From: the human T2T-CHM13v2.0 reference genome, Homo sapiens
Length of the DNA stretch: 64,000 nt
Direction: 5' to 3' (one strand)
Assembly (NCBI RefSeq): GCF_009914755.1
Contig: NC_060925.1
The notes under the pieces are model-generated. The model was not told the DNA's origin and made no database searches. It saw only the letters and a program-made list of their open reading frames with translations. Below, one piece after another: positions 15,910 to 44,620 of this stretch (position 1 is its first letter; every line of letters starts with the position of its first letter). Position numbers and translations under genes: made by a program.

Positions 15910-16156
15910 TTTAAGTACTTGCTTAGAAATGATCATTTCTTCATTGTGTGCTTCTTAAGAGTGTTTCTGGTCAGTTACCTTTCCTTTCAAGGTCTTCCTT
16001 ATTCAAACTAACTAAGGTGGCTTTTAGGTCAAGATCACAGTCATTACCTGGGGATGCAAGAGGAAGATAATTACTACGTGAACAGCTACAATGAACTGTC
16101 TTGCCATAAAAAAAAAAAAAAAGCTGGAGGTGTTCATGGATTTTTAAATAAAATAA
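15910..16156 (-). repeat. right arm of the ~235-bp inverted repeat
   Basis: Reverse complement of 11971-12204, e.g. CTTAAGAGTGTTTCTGGTCAG and CAGTCATTACCTGGGGATGCAAG. Confidence 0.95.
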
Positions 16157-18037
16157 ATATTTAAGAATTAAATTGCTAAAAAGTCAGCAGTCTTTCATCA
16201 CAATGTGAGTGTCTCATGGTGTCTGTGGAGGTACATCCAGTTTTTCCCCCATTCCCTTGGTTCACTCACAACACATCTGACTGCAGGAATAAAATCATGT
16301 TCTGCCCTGTCCACAGCCACATTCTCAATATTCCAGTAAACACTCCCTCTTTCTTGGTGCTAGTTGACGGGATACTGTGCTTCTTACCTTTTACTTGCCA
16401 CCTTTTGTTCCCTCCTTGACATTCAGTTCCAGCACCTGCTCAACTTAAAGTTCTGTCTGAGATCTACCTCTGTAATATGGGAATCTCAGTTAGAGTAAAC
16501 TTTAATCTTACAGATTTGTCAAAACTTGGTAACAGATTTCTAAAGGATTCACAATATACCAATGTACCATGGCAAACCAATTGAGAACGCTTATATTTTT
16601 GCATAACAGACAAAGCCACTCCTTCATTTAAAGGGACAACTTTAAATAACTGTGACCAGAGTTCCAATTCAACTGCCTCTATCCTTCCATGCAGAAAATG
16701 TAGCCCATTTTCTGCAGGGATACAGAGTTCAGATACAGAGTCTGAAATAAATTCTAAAATGTGAGTCTACTATTTCTAGGCTTCTTTCCTCCTGTATCCC
16801 TCAGCATTTTGTTTACCCCTTAGCTATAAGATGTGTTTATGTCTGTATCACACCGTAGATTGTGAGCTCCTTGAAACAAAGACACACTATAACAATTTTT
16901 GTTCTTATAAATGCTATTAAGCTACACTGTAATTAGTGAGTTCACAAAAGTAATAGATAGTGATGAAGGCATAATGCTATAGGGAGAATATGGAGATGGT
17001 GATCTGCAGATTGGCTGGGAAAAGAGTCCAGGAGATGACAGAAAAATCTCTCCCAACAACAACAACAAGTCTATCAAATGAAGAGGATGACAATGCCACA
17101 CATCAGAAGGGGCAAATGTTATCATATAAAGACAGGAACTTCATTTTTCCTTCCATTAAGACCACATGGTGTGGGTGACAGATTTTAGAAAGCCAGGAAC
17201 CTCTCTAACATAGGAAAGTTGCCTGTGAGTCCTAGGTCTGCGAGCTGGAAGGGGCAGGCCATGGATGCATCGTCATTAGCAACTTAAGCGGAGGAGAAAT
17301 TGAACATAGAGGCGACTTCACTACTCAGCCACCAGGAGTGAAATATCTAAATATCTAAAAGTGGAGGAATTTGCAGCATGAGAAATTTCAGCTTCTATAG
17401 CCCAATGACTGACTGACTTATTATATGTGATTTCTGTTAACAAAACTTCTATTTGAATAATCTTATAGGAAGAATGTTGGGCAGACTATATCCATTGAAA
17501 AAAAAAAAGATTCCCTGCTATAGATGTATTTCCCTAGTGTTGGGAGAATGGACAGAATCTGCTTCAAAGGAAATACTAGTTCCTGAATCTAATTGACTGG
17601 GGAAAAGAATGCACTGATGTGGGTCTACACTCACCCATGGTTAACCCAATAGATAGTGTGAAATGTTTGTAGAATTGAATTATATCCTTCCAAGTGCCCT
17701 AAGCTATTCTTCTTTCTCATTTCCTCTAAACAAAAGAGAAAAGGATCTTTCATCACACCCTTCCCTCAGTGGGAAATAATTAAAAGTCATTTACAACAGT
17801 CTCATTTTATTATGACAAACATTTGCATCGTGTCTAGTATATAGCAGACAGGGATAGGTTCTAAGGATTAAAAGATGGTTATGATTGGCACCTGCCCTCA
17901 AGAAATTCAACAAATATTTAATGAATGTGTATGTTCTTCGTCATTTCTTTCAACTGCTTTCCTGTCTCCAATGTGCCCTCTAAATCTTCCTTTCTTTTTA
18001 AATAATCTATAGTTCAACTTGACCTCTTCGCTTAAGA

Positions 18038-18339
18038 TTTTTTTTTTTTTTTTTTTGAGACAGGGTCTTGATCTGTTGCCTAGGCTGGACTGCAGTAGCA
18101 AAATCATGGCTCACTGCAGGCTCAACTTCCTGATCTCAAGTGATCCTCCCACCTCAGCCTCCTAAGTAGCTATAGGGGCAGGCCACCATACCTAGCTAAT
18201 TTTTTTTTTTTCTTGTAGAGACAGGGTCTCCCTATGTTTCCCAGGCTGGTCTCGAACTCCTGGGCCTGAGCCCAAGTAATCCTCCCACCTCAGCCTCCCT
18301 AAATTCTGGGATTAAATGCATGAGCCACCACACCCAGCT
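18038..18339 (-). mobile_element. AluJ-like element
   Basis: Antisense Alu. Confidence 0.88.
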
Positions 18340-19011
18340 AAGACTTTCTTTCCTCCTCTTAACTGAGATCTGGCTTTCCCCTAAAGTCTCAGAGTCCCGT
18401 CGGTCCCACTTTTTTGGAATATATTTATTCTGTCACAGTCCATGTACCTAGAAGCCAGAAGTTGAAGTGAGAAATTGTCTAGTTCCTCATTGCCATATTT
18501 AAACCACTACTCTTCTCCATTCATGTAAAATTTCTCCTACTTTGAAGTTCATGAACAATGTCAATATCACTATACTTCAATTCTTAAAACAAACTTGGGG
18601 AAAATTGTATTCAGTTATGAAAAGGCTGAGTTGCCTGCAGGACATTTCAGAGAAATATCAAGTAGGTAGTTGGATATTCACATCTAGAACCCAAGAGAAA
18701 CATCTGGGTGGTGCTCAAAATTGGAAATCATCAGTTTATAGCTTTCAAAGGAGACTGAGAAGGAGCAGTTTAGAAGTGGAGGGAACCGAGAGAAGTGGTT
18801 TTATAGAAGCCCAGAGGGGAAAGGTCTTTAAATGAAAAGAAAGAAGAAAAGCATCATTTATTGTACACTGTAGAGATAAACACTGGAAAATGTCCATTAG
18901 CTCTAATGATTAGTTGGCCATTTGATACTTTAGTGGAAACATTTTCAATGGAATAGTAGAGAGGGAGCCAAAGTGCAAGGGATTTAAAGATTAAATAGAA
19001 ACATACAATTA

Positions 19012-19331
<320 letters not shown>

Positions 19332-19416
19332 AGAAACATACAATTAAGATGTCAGATGGGGCTAAGGTGCAGTGGGTACCACTTTCCTCTCCTAAGCATA
19401 CAGAAATGCCAGGTAA

Positions 19417-19601
19417 GGCTGGGCATGGTGGCTCACGCCTGTGATCCCAACACTTTGGGAGGCCTAGCCGGGTGGATCACTTGAAGTCAGGAGTTCGAGA
19501 CCAGCCTAGCCAACATGGTGAAACCCTGTCTCTACTAAAAATAAAAAAATTAGCCTGGCATGGTGGCACACGCCTGTAATACCGGCTACTGGGGAGGCTG
19601 A
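19417..19601 (+). mobile_element. Alu truncated in its right arm and fused to L1
   Basis: Ends at GGGGAGGCTGA and runs directly into antisense L1 ORF2. Confidence 0.85.
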
Positions 19602-22290
<2,689 letters not shown>

Positions 22291-22562
22291 AGAATGGTCA
22301 TAAAGAAAATACAATCAAACCAAAATATGCCATGAAAAGAAAAAAAAAAAGATGTAAAACATGAATATGGTAAATGGTAAATACATTGAAAGTGACAGAA
22401 ATAAATTCAAATATATCAGTAATCACAGTTAATGTAAAGGGATTAAATTTGCTTTTTCAAAGAAACTTTTAGATCAGAAAAAAAAAACACCACCTTTTGG
22501 TGGTTTAAAAGAACCTCATGTGGAGCACTGTGATATAAAAATGTTTAAAATGTAAAGAAATG

Positions 22563-23695
<1,133 letters not shown>

Positions 23696-24669
23696 TCAGG
23701 AACAAAAAACAGAGACAACTGAAAACCAAAGCAATGAGCACAAGCACAGTGATCTGACACTGTGACTGCCCAAGCAATTTGGGGAGGAGAGGGTGGAAAC
23801 CCCGATTAAGGCCAGGTCAAGAAAAGTTTTATTGTCATGCTGAATTCAGGCTTTATTCTATGAACAATCTAGTGTAATAAAAGTTTAGGCAAGTGCATGA
23901 CATGATTTGTATTTTATAAAAATATCTCTGATGGCAATGGGATAAACGCGCATGTAGAGAAACAGAGAAGGAAAGTTGAGTAAGGAAGACAAGGGCTATG
24001 CTATGACAATGGTAAGGGAAATAGAGAAGACTGCATGGATATAAGAGCTGTGTGTGAAGTAGAATCCTCAAAACTTGGTGAATCTGTGGATATAAGAATT
24101 TGAGTTAGAACGTCAAAAGTCGTAGCCAGTATTCTGCCTGGACATGTACGTATACAATGGAGCCACTCCTTCAACGGGGAGCACAAAAAATTTCAAAAAG
24201 AGAATCTTCCTCCTCCTTTTGAGGAGGCTGAAAAACAACAAAACATCTCTGACCTTAAATACCTAAATTCTGGTTGAGTGAGACTGGCAAAAATAAATAT
24301 GTTTTTCATGTCTTAAAACATAGATATCTTTCACCACCTTTAATCATTTCATTTTGGAGCTAAAGGAGAATGCTTTAGAGCAGGTATAATTATTATAGAA
24401 AATATAAACTATCAGAATTATTTTACAGCATGGGACTTTGGAGATAAGTGCCATTATGTTAAGGTAAGGGGTACCTCAGTTGTTGCTCAGACTTTCAAAA
24501 GATCCTTTGACATTTTCTTTTCTAGTTGACTTCCTCAGCTCATTCATAAGATTGGAATCTTTAAAATGTTACTGCAATCCAATTCTAACATGACTGTTGT
24601 TAAAAAAAAATCTTATTTTATCTTTTAACGAAACATTGGAGTATCTAACTAGTACTTTGATAACCCCAC

Positions 24670-25523
<854 letters not shown>

Positions 25524-28447
25524 TCTACTTTTGACCCTAAACATCTATCAACCATTGTCTACCACATTCTTCCGTATCTTTGGGATACTCAGGTTACTTA
25601 ATTCATTAACCACTACCGCACCACCACAACCTTTACTTCCCAAGTTATTCAGCTTAGATGGCATGATCTGTCATTTTAGTAACTTTCTCACTAGTATCTT
25701 ACCTGGCCTCTCTATCTTTTCATAATGCCTTATTCGAGATAAACACACTATCTACTTTCTCTTGGCAGGCATCCAGGCAGCTAAGCCATGCTGGATGAAG
25801 TTGCAAAACAGGCCAGGTTGGCATCACTATCCCTTAATGATTTCCTGTTCCACCGGAGCCTTCAACACTGTCTGGCAGTCATGTTATACTGCTCTAAATA
25901 AGCTTGCTTTCTACTCTTCGCCCTTTTAAACCTTTTTCCTTCCTTCTCACTCCCAATTTCAGTTTTGCACCCCACTTCCCAAAACTAAAAGCCAATGGTA
26001 TGAGTTCCCTTGTGCTTCTACCACAAACACCTGCTTATAATTGCTAACTAACATCCCCTCATCTTTTCCACCTTTCGAAATAGTAGTGTGCTCTGAATGC
26101 CATCCCCTGTCACTTTCTCTCTACTGAATCCTTCATATTAGTATTAAAAAGTAAAATCCCCTGACAGCATTTCTGACTACCAGCTGCTCTCCTATATTTC
26201 TCCTCCTCTTCTTCACTGTCAATCTTTAAAGAATTGCCTGGACTATTTCCATTCCCTTACATCCTATTCTTTCTTCAACTCAATACATCTGCTTTCCCTC
26301 CCATCACTCTAATGAAATGGTTCTCACTAAGGTTATTAATGGCCTCCATATCACTAAAGCCAGGAGACATTTTTCAGCCTTCATATTACCAGACCTCTTG
26401 GTGGCATTTATAGCATACTTTTCCATTGGCTTCTGTGATTCCGTATTTTTTATTTTTTTCTTCTGTGTCTTTGTAGTGGCATTATTGATATTTATGGTTT
26501 TCCAACATCTTTTAGGTGCATTTCTATATTGTGTTCATTTCCTTGATTATGAATCCCACCCCTTACCTGCCCAAGTCAAAGACCAGGACCTATATTGCCA
26601 GCCCCTCTCACAATCAAGTTTAACCACGTGATCTAGGGTCCTCTACTCAGTTGCATCCACATGAGACTTGGACTTAGAAAAAAATGATGCAAAGAAGGAA
26701 ACAAGTCAAATTCATTTAGCTTGCATAGGGTATTATGAGGGTTAAATTTTATAATATGCATAGAGTAATTAGAACAGTGCCTGGGACAACACAAGCACTG
26801 TATCTGCATTACCTGTTATTATTCATACAGGAACAGTGATAGTGCTGACGGCTTTTGGGGATAGCAAGAAACATCCTCAGTAATCACAAAAACCAAGGTT
26901 AAGTTTCATTACCCTGACATATAAGTTTCAAATAATCAAAAAAAAAAAATTTAAAGGAGCCCTATTACCACCCTATGTAAGCCAACGATTGTCATCAAAC
27001 ATAAGACACTCAAAGACATCTAAGGACCTGCTACCATGGCTGTATGCCAGGTAAGATGATGGATAGATCAACAAATAAGGAAACAGATCAAGGTGTGTTA
27101 AACATAATCTATAGGAGGTTGGAAGATTCAGTGTGATTTCAATAGTGGTGTCAAATGCTTAATCTACATCTCCAGGTGTGGGCAGCTGCAGAAGGACATG
27201 GTCAACCTTCATACATGGAATTTATTTTTTCAGAAATTAAAAGAGGATCAGGGGAAAAAATGTCTTGGTCTAGAGGGCAAAAGTTGACTCAATTAACCTG
27301 AAACAGGGACTGCCTTTCCCTAATTCTCATCAATGTTTGGGATTAGCTATGACTGTAAATTGTATAAAATGAGAAAAGTTTTTTTTAATGGATTACTGCT
27401 TTGCAAGACTGCATACCTGAATAATATGGGATAATATGTGTAATTTCATATAATCAACACATCTGAATAATGAGAATAATATATTATCTACTTCACTTGG
27501 TTGTAACAAGGAGTGATTAAATAAATTAATAAATATAAAGGAACAAGAGCAATGTCTGGCATACCATTGTTTGCTTGATTTTGTTCATACACTTCATGCT
27601 GTGCCATTCCCTTTTACTGTTCTAAAAACAGTATATGCAGCTAAACTGCCTGCAATTCAGGGGCTCTTTGAGGGTAAGGTCACTCACTGCATGAGAGGAG
27701 AAGGAAGAAAACCCATGAATTGTAAGAGTTTATCTTGGAAGCTAAAGTCCTCCCAACCCACCTTAATCTTTCCAGGATGTTGTAGCAGAGGTCTCCTAAG
27801 AGAAGAGGTGGGCAGAGGCCTTAAGGGTTTCTATTGCATGACAATGCTTAAGGTTATACCTGCCTGCCCCAGACTGGCTTTCCACCCACTACAGTGCCTA
27901 CCTCAGGTAGTGCCTTTCTCTCCTTCCCCAGGCCAGCAATGCCGACTCCCCCAGAGCCTTGAGGGCAGCAGTTTTTATAACCTCAACCACACAAATGATT
28001 GTCCAGCTATAGCCAGAGAGTCCAGGAGAGCAACATAAAGGGATTGCGCTCTCTGCATAACACTGGGCAAGATTCAGAATTTAAAATTTTGAATCCCGCT
28101 GAATAACTACTCCTCTTTGTGCTTTTAAGTCACTGGGGAATCGTTGGTGTGTTTGGATAGCTTTGGTTTATTTACACTACACATGTTCTTGTTATCACAG
28201 ATTTTCTCTTCACCAGCATGGGGTCTGCTTGCCTCTGCGCTTCAAATGCCACTTTGTTTACTCGCTGTGGTCATCCTTTTCTGTAAATACTGTGTCAGCA
28301 TTAACAGCCTCCTCTATGGCTACCTAGCAGGTCACTTAGTAAACTATCTTTTAGTAACAACTACATAGAATGAATACTCAGGAGCCTTAATTCAATTTAC
28401 CTGCATAAAGAAACTATTCACTATTACAACACAGTTCTAAAAGTACG

Positions 28448-29335
<888 letters not shown>

Positions 29336-29673
29336 CTAAGAATATGGAATTCCTCAATATCCTTTTTGCTCTTACCTACTTTATTAAAGAGAATAATATT
29401 TGAACTGTAGTCAACTTTTTACCATCATAAAGAAGAAATTGAAGTCTAAAATATGGAAAAAATATCTTAGGAAACTGTAGCTAAAGTTAGTTCAAGTTTC
29501 CAAGCCCCACTGAATTAAAAACTAGAGGAACTAAAATCCTAAACTCAAGAAAATGTTTTCTTGATTTTGTTCAAGAGGGATAAGAAGTGAATTATTTTGA
29601 AAAACCACACTTTAACTAAATACTTATTCTGGACAAATTGCTGATAGGTTATTAAACAGATGAGTTGGGAGTA

Positions 29674-30087
29674 TGTATTAATCCTTTCTTGCATTGCTAT
29701 AAAGAAATACCTGAGACTGGGTAATTTATAAAGAAAGGGGGTTTAATTGGCTAATGGTTCTGTGGGCTTTACAGGAAGCATGGTGTTGGCATCAGCTGGG
29801 CTTCTAGTGAAGCCTCAGGGAGCTTTCAAACATGGCAGAAGGTGAAGGGGGGACACAGTCTCACATAGCGAGAATGGGAGCAAGTGAGAGAGAGTAGGGG
29901 GAAGGTACCACACACTTTTAAGACCAGATTTCATGAGAACTCACTCACTATCACATAGACAGCACCAAGTGGATGGGGCTAAACTATTCATAAGAAATCC
30001 ACCCCCATGATTTAAATACCTCCCACCATGCCCACTTCCAACACTGGAAATTATATAAGATTTAGAGGGAACATCCAAACTATATCA
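29674..30087. mobile_element. MST-type MaLR solo LTR
   Basis: TG...CA termini, TTGCTATAAAGAAATACCTGAGACTGGGTAATTTATAAAG motif, 5-bp TSD GAGTA. Confidence 0.88.
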
Positions 30088-32018
30088 GAGTACCTACAAG
30101 AAAAGAAGGTTAATTGCTGAGAAGCAGAATAGGTAAATCAAATGGGGAAAGAGAGAGGAGCATAAGGTGGTAGAAGGAGGGAGAGTACAAAAAGTTCTTT
30201 GTAATATGGACCAAAAAGATAACTCAAGGAAGTCTTCAACGAAAAGCAGGCAGTACAGGCACGTACTCACCACGAGGCTTGAGTGAGACTCAGTGCTGTC
30301 CCAGTGGTGGTGGTCACAGGGGTGCTTGTGTCACCCCACCTCAGCTCCAGGAAACTGGAGAGAGAACAGAGAGAGAGAGACTCCATTTATTTGGAAGAAA
30401 ATAAGGGCGAGAACAAGAGTCTTCCTGGTAGTCCAGAGAATTCTTCTGGATCTTATCCAAGACCACCAGGGAGGTACCACAAAATGTCTGCAAGAGACAC
30501 AGAAATACTGAGCTTGGGGTGCCCCCTAATGCAGATACAGCTACAGTGGCCAAAAAACTTAGATCACAACATCCAAGTCCCTTCAAATACCTGGAGAGCC
30601 CTCCTAAGAAGGATGGGTACAAAGAAGCCCAAACTATGAAGATTTCAATAAATACTTAACTATTCAATGCCCATACACTGACAAACATTGAGAAGCATCA
30701 AGAACATTCAGGAAAACATGACCTCACCAAACAAACTAAATAACGTACTAGTGACTTGGCCTGGCGTGGTGGCTCACACCTGTAATCCCAGCACTTTGGG
30801 AGGCCGAGGTGGGTGGATCATGAGGTCAGGAGTTCAAGACCAGCCTGGCCAAGATGGTGAAACCGTGTCTCTACTAAAAATACAAAAAATTACCTGGGAC
30901 AGGTGGCAAGCACCCGTAATCCCAGCTACTCGGGAGGCTGAAGAAGGAGAATGGCTTGAACTCAGAAGGCGGAGGTTGCAGTGATCCGAGATCACGCCAC
31001 TGCATTCCAGCCCAGGTGACAGAGTGAGACTCCATCTCAAATAAATAAATAAATAAAAATAAGGTACTAGTGACCAATCACAGAGACACAGAGATATGTG
31101 ACCTTACAGAGAGAGAATTCAAAATAGCCGTTTTGAGGAAACCCAATGAAATTCAAGGTAACACAAAGAAGGAATTCAGAATCCTAACAGATAGGATTTA
31201 ACAAAGAGATTAAAATAATTTAAAAGAATCCAGAAGAAATTCTGGAGTTGAAAATGCAATTGAGGCCAGATGCAGCGGCTCACACCTGTAATCCCAACAC
31301 TTTGGGAGGCTTAGGCAGGTGAATCACCTGAAGTTAGGAGTTCAAGACCAGCCTGGCCAACATGATGAAACCACATCTCTACCAAAAATACAAAAATTAG
31401 TAGAGTGTGATGGCACATGCCTGTATTCCCAGCTACTCAGGAGGCTGAGGCAGGAGAATTGCTTGAACCCGGGACGTGGAGGTTCCAGTGAGCCAAGATC
31501 ACATGACTGCACTCTAGCCTGGGTAACAGAGATCCTGTCTCAAAAAAAAAAAAAAGCGATTGATATACTGAAGAAAGTATCAGAGTCTCATAACAGCAGA
31601 ATTGATCAAACAAAAGAAAGACATAATGAGCTCGAAGATAGACTATTAGAAAATATACAGAGGATACAAAATAAATAAATAAAAAAGAAAAAGAATGAAG
31701 CATACCTAAAAGATCAAAAACATAGCCTCAAAAGGGCAAATCTAAGAGTTATTGGCCTTTAAAAGGAGATTGAGACAGATAGGAGTAGAAAGTTTATTCA
31801 AAGGCATAATATCAGAGAAAGACATCAACATTCAAGTACAAGAAGGTTACTGAACACTAAGCAGATTTAACCCAAAGAAGACTACCTCAAAGCATTTAAT
31901 AAACTACCAAAGATCAAGGATAAAGAAAGGATCCTAAAAGCCGCAAGAGAAAAGAAACAAATAACCACACAATGGAGTACCAATATGTCCGGCAGAAGAC
32001 TTTTCAGTGGAAACGTTA

Positions 32019-32380
<362 letters not shown>

Positions 32381-32701
32381 CTAGAATAGTATATCTAGAG
32401 AAAATACCCTTCCCACATGAAAAAGAAATAAAGACTTTCCCAAACAGAAGCTGAGGGATCTCATAAACACCAGACCTGTCCTACAAGAAATACTAACAGA
32501 GTTCTTTAATCTGAAAGAAAGGAATGTTAATAAGCAAGAAGACATCACTGAAGGTACAAAACTCACTGGTAATACTAAATACACAGAATATTATAACACT
32601 GTAATTGTGGTGTGTAAAGTACTCAGATCTCAAGTAGAAAGACTAAAAGATGAACTGATCAAAAATAATAATTATATCAAATTTTCAAGACAGTACAATA
32701 A

Positions 32702-32932
<231 letters not shown>

Positions 32933-34292
32933 TAGTAGAGGCAGGGTTTCACCACGTTGACTGGGCTGGTCTCAAACTACTGACCTTAAGTGATCCACCC
33001 ACCTCAGCCTCCCAAAGTGCTGGGATTACAGACATGAGCCACCACGCCCAGCCAAAGCAGGGGGATGAATTTAAACTGTAGAGTATTTATTAGCTGTCTC
33101 TTTGCTCATTAGTTTGTTTATGCAATCATCGTTAAGTTGTCATCAGCTTAAAAATGGGTTTTTAAATATCATTTGTAATACTTGGGGTAACCTCAAATCA
33201 AAAAACATACAACAGATACACAAAAAATAAAAAGCAAGAAATTAAAATGTACCACCTGAGAAAATCACCATCAGCAAATGGAAGACAGGAAAAAAGGAAA
33301 GGAGGAGAAGACTACAAAACAACAAGAAAATAAATAACTAAAATGGCAGAAGTAAGTACTTACTTATCAATAATAATATTGAATGTAAATGGATTGAACT
33401 CTCCAGTTAGAAAACATAGAGTGGCTGCATGGATTAGAAAATAAGACCTAATGATCTGTTACTTACAAGAAACACACTTCACCTATAAAGACACATATAA
33501 ACTGAAAATAAAAGAATTGAAAAAGATATTCCAAGCAAATGGAAACCAAAAAAGAACAGGAGTAGCTACATTTGTATCAAACAAAATAAGTTTTAAGACA
33601 AGTACTATAAAAACAAAGAATGTCATTATATAATAATAAAGGAGTCATTTCAACAAGAAGATGTAAGTGGTAAATCTGCATACACCCAACACTGGAGCAC
33701 TCTGATATATAAAGCAAATATTATTATAGCTTACAGAGAGAGTTAGACCCCAGTACAGTAATAGCTGGAGACTTTGACACCCCACTTTCAGCACTGGACA
33801 GATCTTCCAGACAGAAAATCAGCAAAGACATTGGACTTAATCTGCACTATAGACTAAATGCACCTAACAGATGTTTACAGAACATTTCATCCAATGGCTC
33901 TAGAATACACGTTCTCCTCAGCACATGGATCATTCTCAAAGATAGACCATATGATAGGCCACAAAACAAGTCTTAAAACATTCAAAAACTTGAAATAATA
34001 TCAAATATCTTCTCTGACCACAGTGGAATAAAACTAGAAGTCAGTAACAAGAGAAATTTTGGAAACTATACAAACACATGGAAATCAAACAATACACTCC
34101 TTAATGACCAATATAACAATGAAGAGACTAAGAAGAAAATTGATAAATTTATTGAAACAAATAATGGAAACACAATATACCAAAACCTATGGGATACAGT
34201 GAAAGCAGTACTAAAAGAAAATATTTATAGCTATATGTGTCTACATCAAAAAAGTAGAAACACTTCAAATAAACAACCAAATGATGCATCTT

Positions 34293-42932
<8,640 letters not shown>

Positions 42933-43440
42933 AATGATCCATCTTGAAGAACTAGGAAAGCAAGAGCACACCAAACCAAAGGAGAAAAAAAGAAATAATA
43001 ACAATCAGAGCAGAAATAAATGAAATTGACATGAAAAAAACAATACAAGAGATTAATGAAACAAAAAGTTGGTTTATTGAAAAGATAAATAAAAATTACA
43101 AACCTTTAGCCAGACTAAGAACAAAAGAGAGAAGACCCAAATAAATAAAATCAGATATGAAAAGGAGACATTAAAACTGATTCTTCAGAAATTCAAAAAA
43201 TCATTAGAGGCTACTTTATTGGCATATCAGCAACTATATGCCAATAAAATGGAAAATCTAAAAGAAATAGATAAATTCCTAGACATATACAACCTACCAA
43301 GATTGAACCAGGAAGAAATCCAAAACCTGAGCAAACTAATAAGAAGACTGAAGCTATAATAAAGTCTCCCACCAAAGAAAAGTCTGCAACCTATCGGCTT
43401 CACTGCTGAATTTTACCAAACCGTTAAAGAAGAACTAATA

Positions 43441-44620
43441 CCTATATCCAGAATGGTATTGCCTTGGTTGTCTTCCAGGGTTTTTATAGTTTTATAGTTT
43501 TTGGTTTTACTTTAAATCTTTAATCCAAATTAAGTTAATTTTGTACATGGTGTCAGGAAGGGGGTTTCAATCTTCTGCTTTTGGCTAGCCAGTTACCCCA
43601 GCACTGTATATTGAATAGGGAATCTTTTCCCAATTGCTAGTTTTTATAAGGTTTTTCAAAGATCAGATAGTTGTAGATGTGCAGCCTTATTTCTAGGTTC
43701 TCTATTCTGTTCCACTGGTCTATATGTCTGTTTTTGTGCCAGTACTATGCTGTTTTGGTTACTGTAGCCCCATAGTATAGTTTGAAGTCAGGTAGTATGA
43801 TGCCTCCTGCTTTGTTCTTTTGTGTAGATTGCCTTGGCTATTCAGGCTCTTTCTTTTTTTTGGCTCCAGGAGTTTTAAAATAGTTTTTTCTAGTTATTTG
43901 AAGAATGTCAATGGTAGTTTAGTGGGAATAGCATTGAATCTACAAATCGCTTTGGGCAGCATGGCCATTTTAACAATATTGATTCTTCCTATCCATGAGC
44001 ATAGAATGTTTTTCCATTTGCTTGTGTCATCTCTGATTTCTTTGAGCAGTGTTTTGTAGTTCTCCTTGTAGAGATCTTTCAACTCCCTGGTTAGCTGTAT
44101 GCCTAGGTATTTTATTCTTTGTGTGGGAATTGTGAATGGGATTGCATTCCCGATTTGGCTCTCAGCTTGACTATTGTTGTTGATGCATAGGAATGTTAGT
44201 GATTTTTGCACATTGATTTTGTATCATAATACTTTGCTAAAGTTGTTCATCAGCTTAAGGAGCTTTTGGACTGAGACTATGGGGTTTTCTATATAGAGAA
44301 TCATGTCATCTGATATGCCAAAAATAATCACAACAAAAAAATTGACAAATGGGATCTAATTAAACTAAAGAGCTGCACAGCAAAGGAAACTATCAACAGA
44401 GTAAACAAAAAACCTACAGAATGGGAGAAAATTTTTGCAAACTATGCATCTGACAAAAGTCTAATATCCAGCATCTATAAGGAACACAAACAAATTTACA
44501 AGAAAGAGAAACAACCCCATTAAAAAGTAGACAAAGGACATGAACAGACACTTTTCAAACGAAGGCATACAAGTGGCCAACAATCATGAAAAAAAGCTCA
44601 ACATCACTCACCATTAGAGA
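43441..44620. mobile_element. 5'-inverted (twin-primed) L1 fragment within the host L1
   Basis: Antisense ORF2 at 43441-~44312, then sense ORF2 resuming near the same L1 position. Confidence 0.7.

Noticed and set aside
27571-28038. 155-aa ORF
   Set aside because: Non-ATG start, no recognisable domain and no exon evidence.
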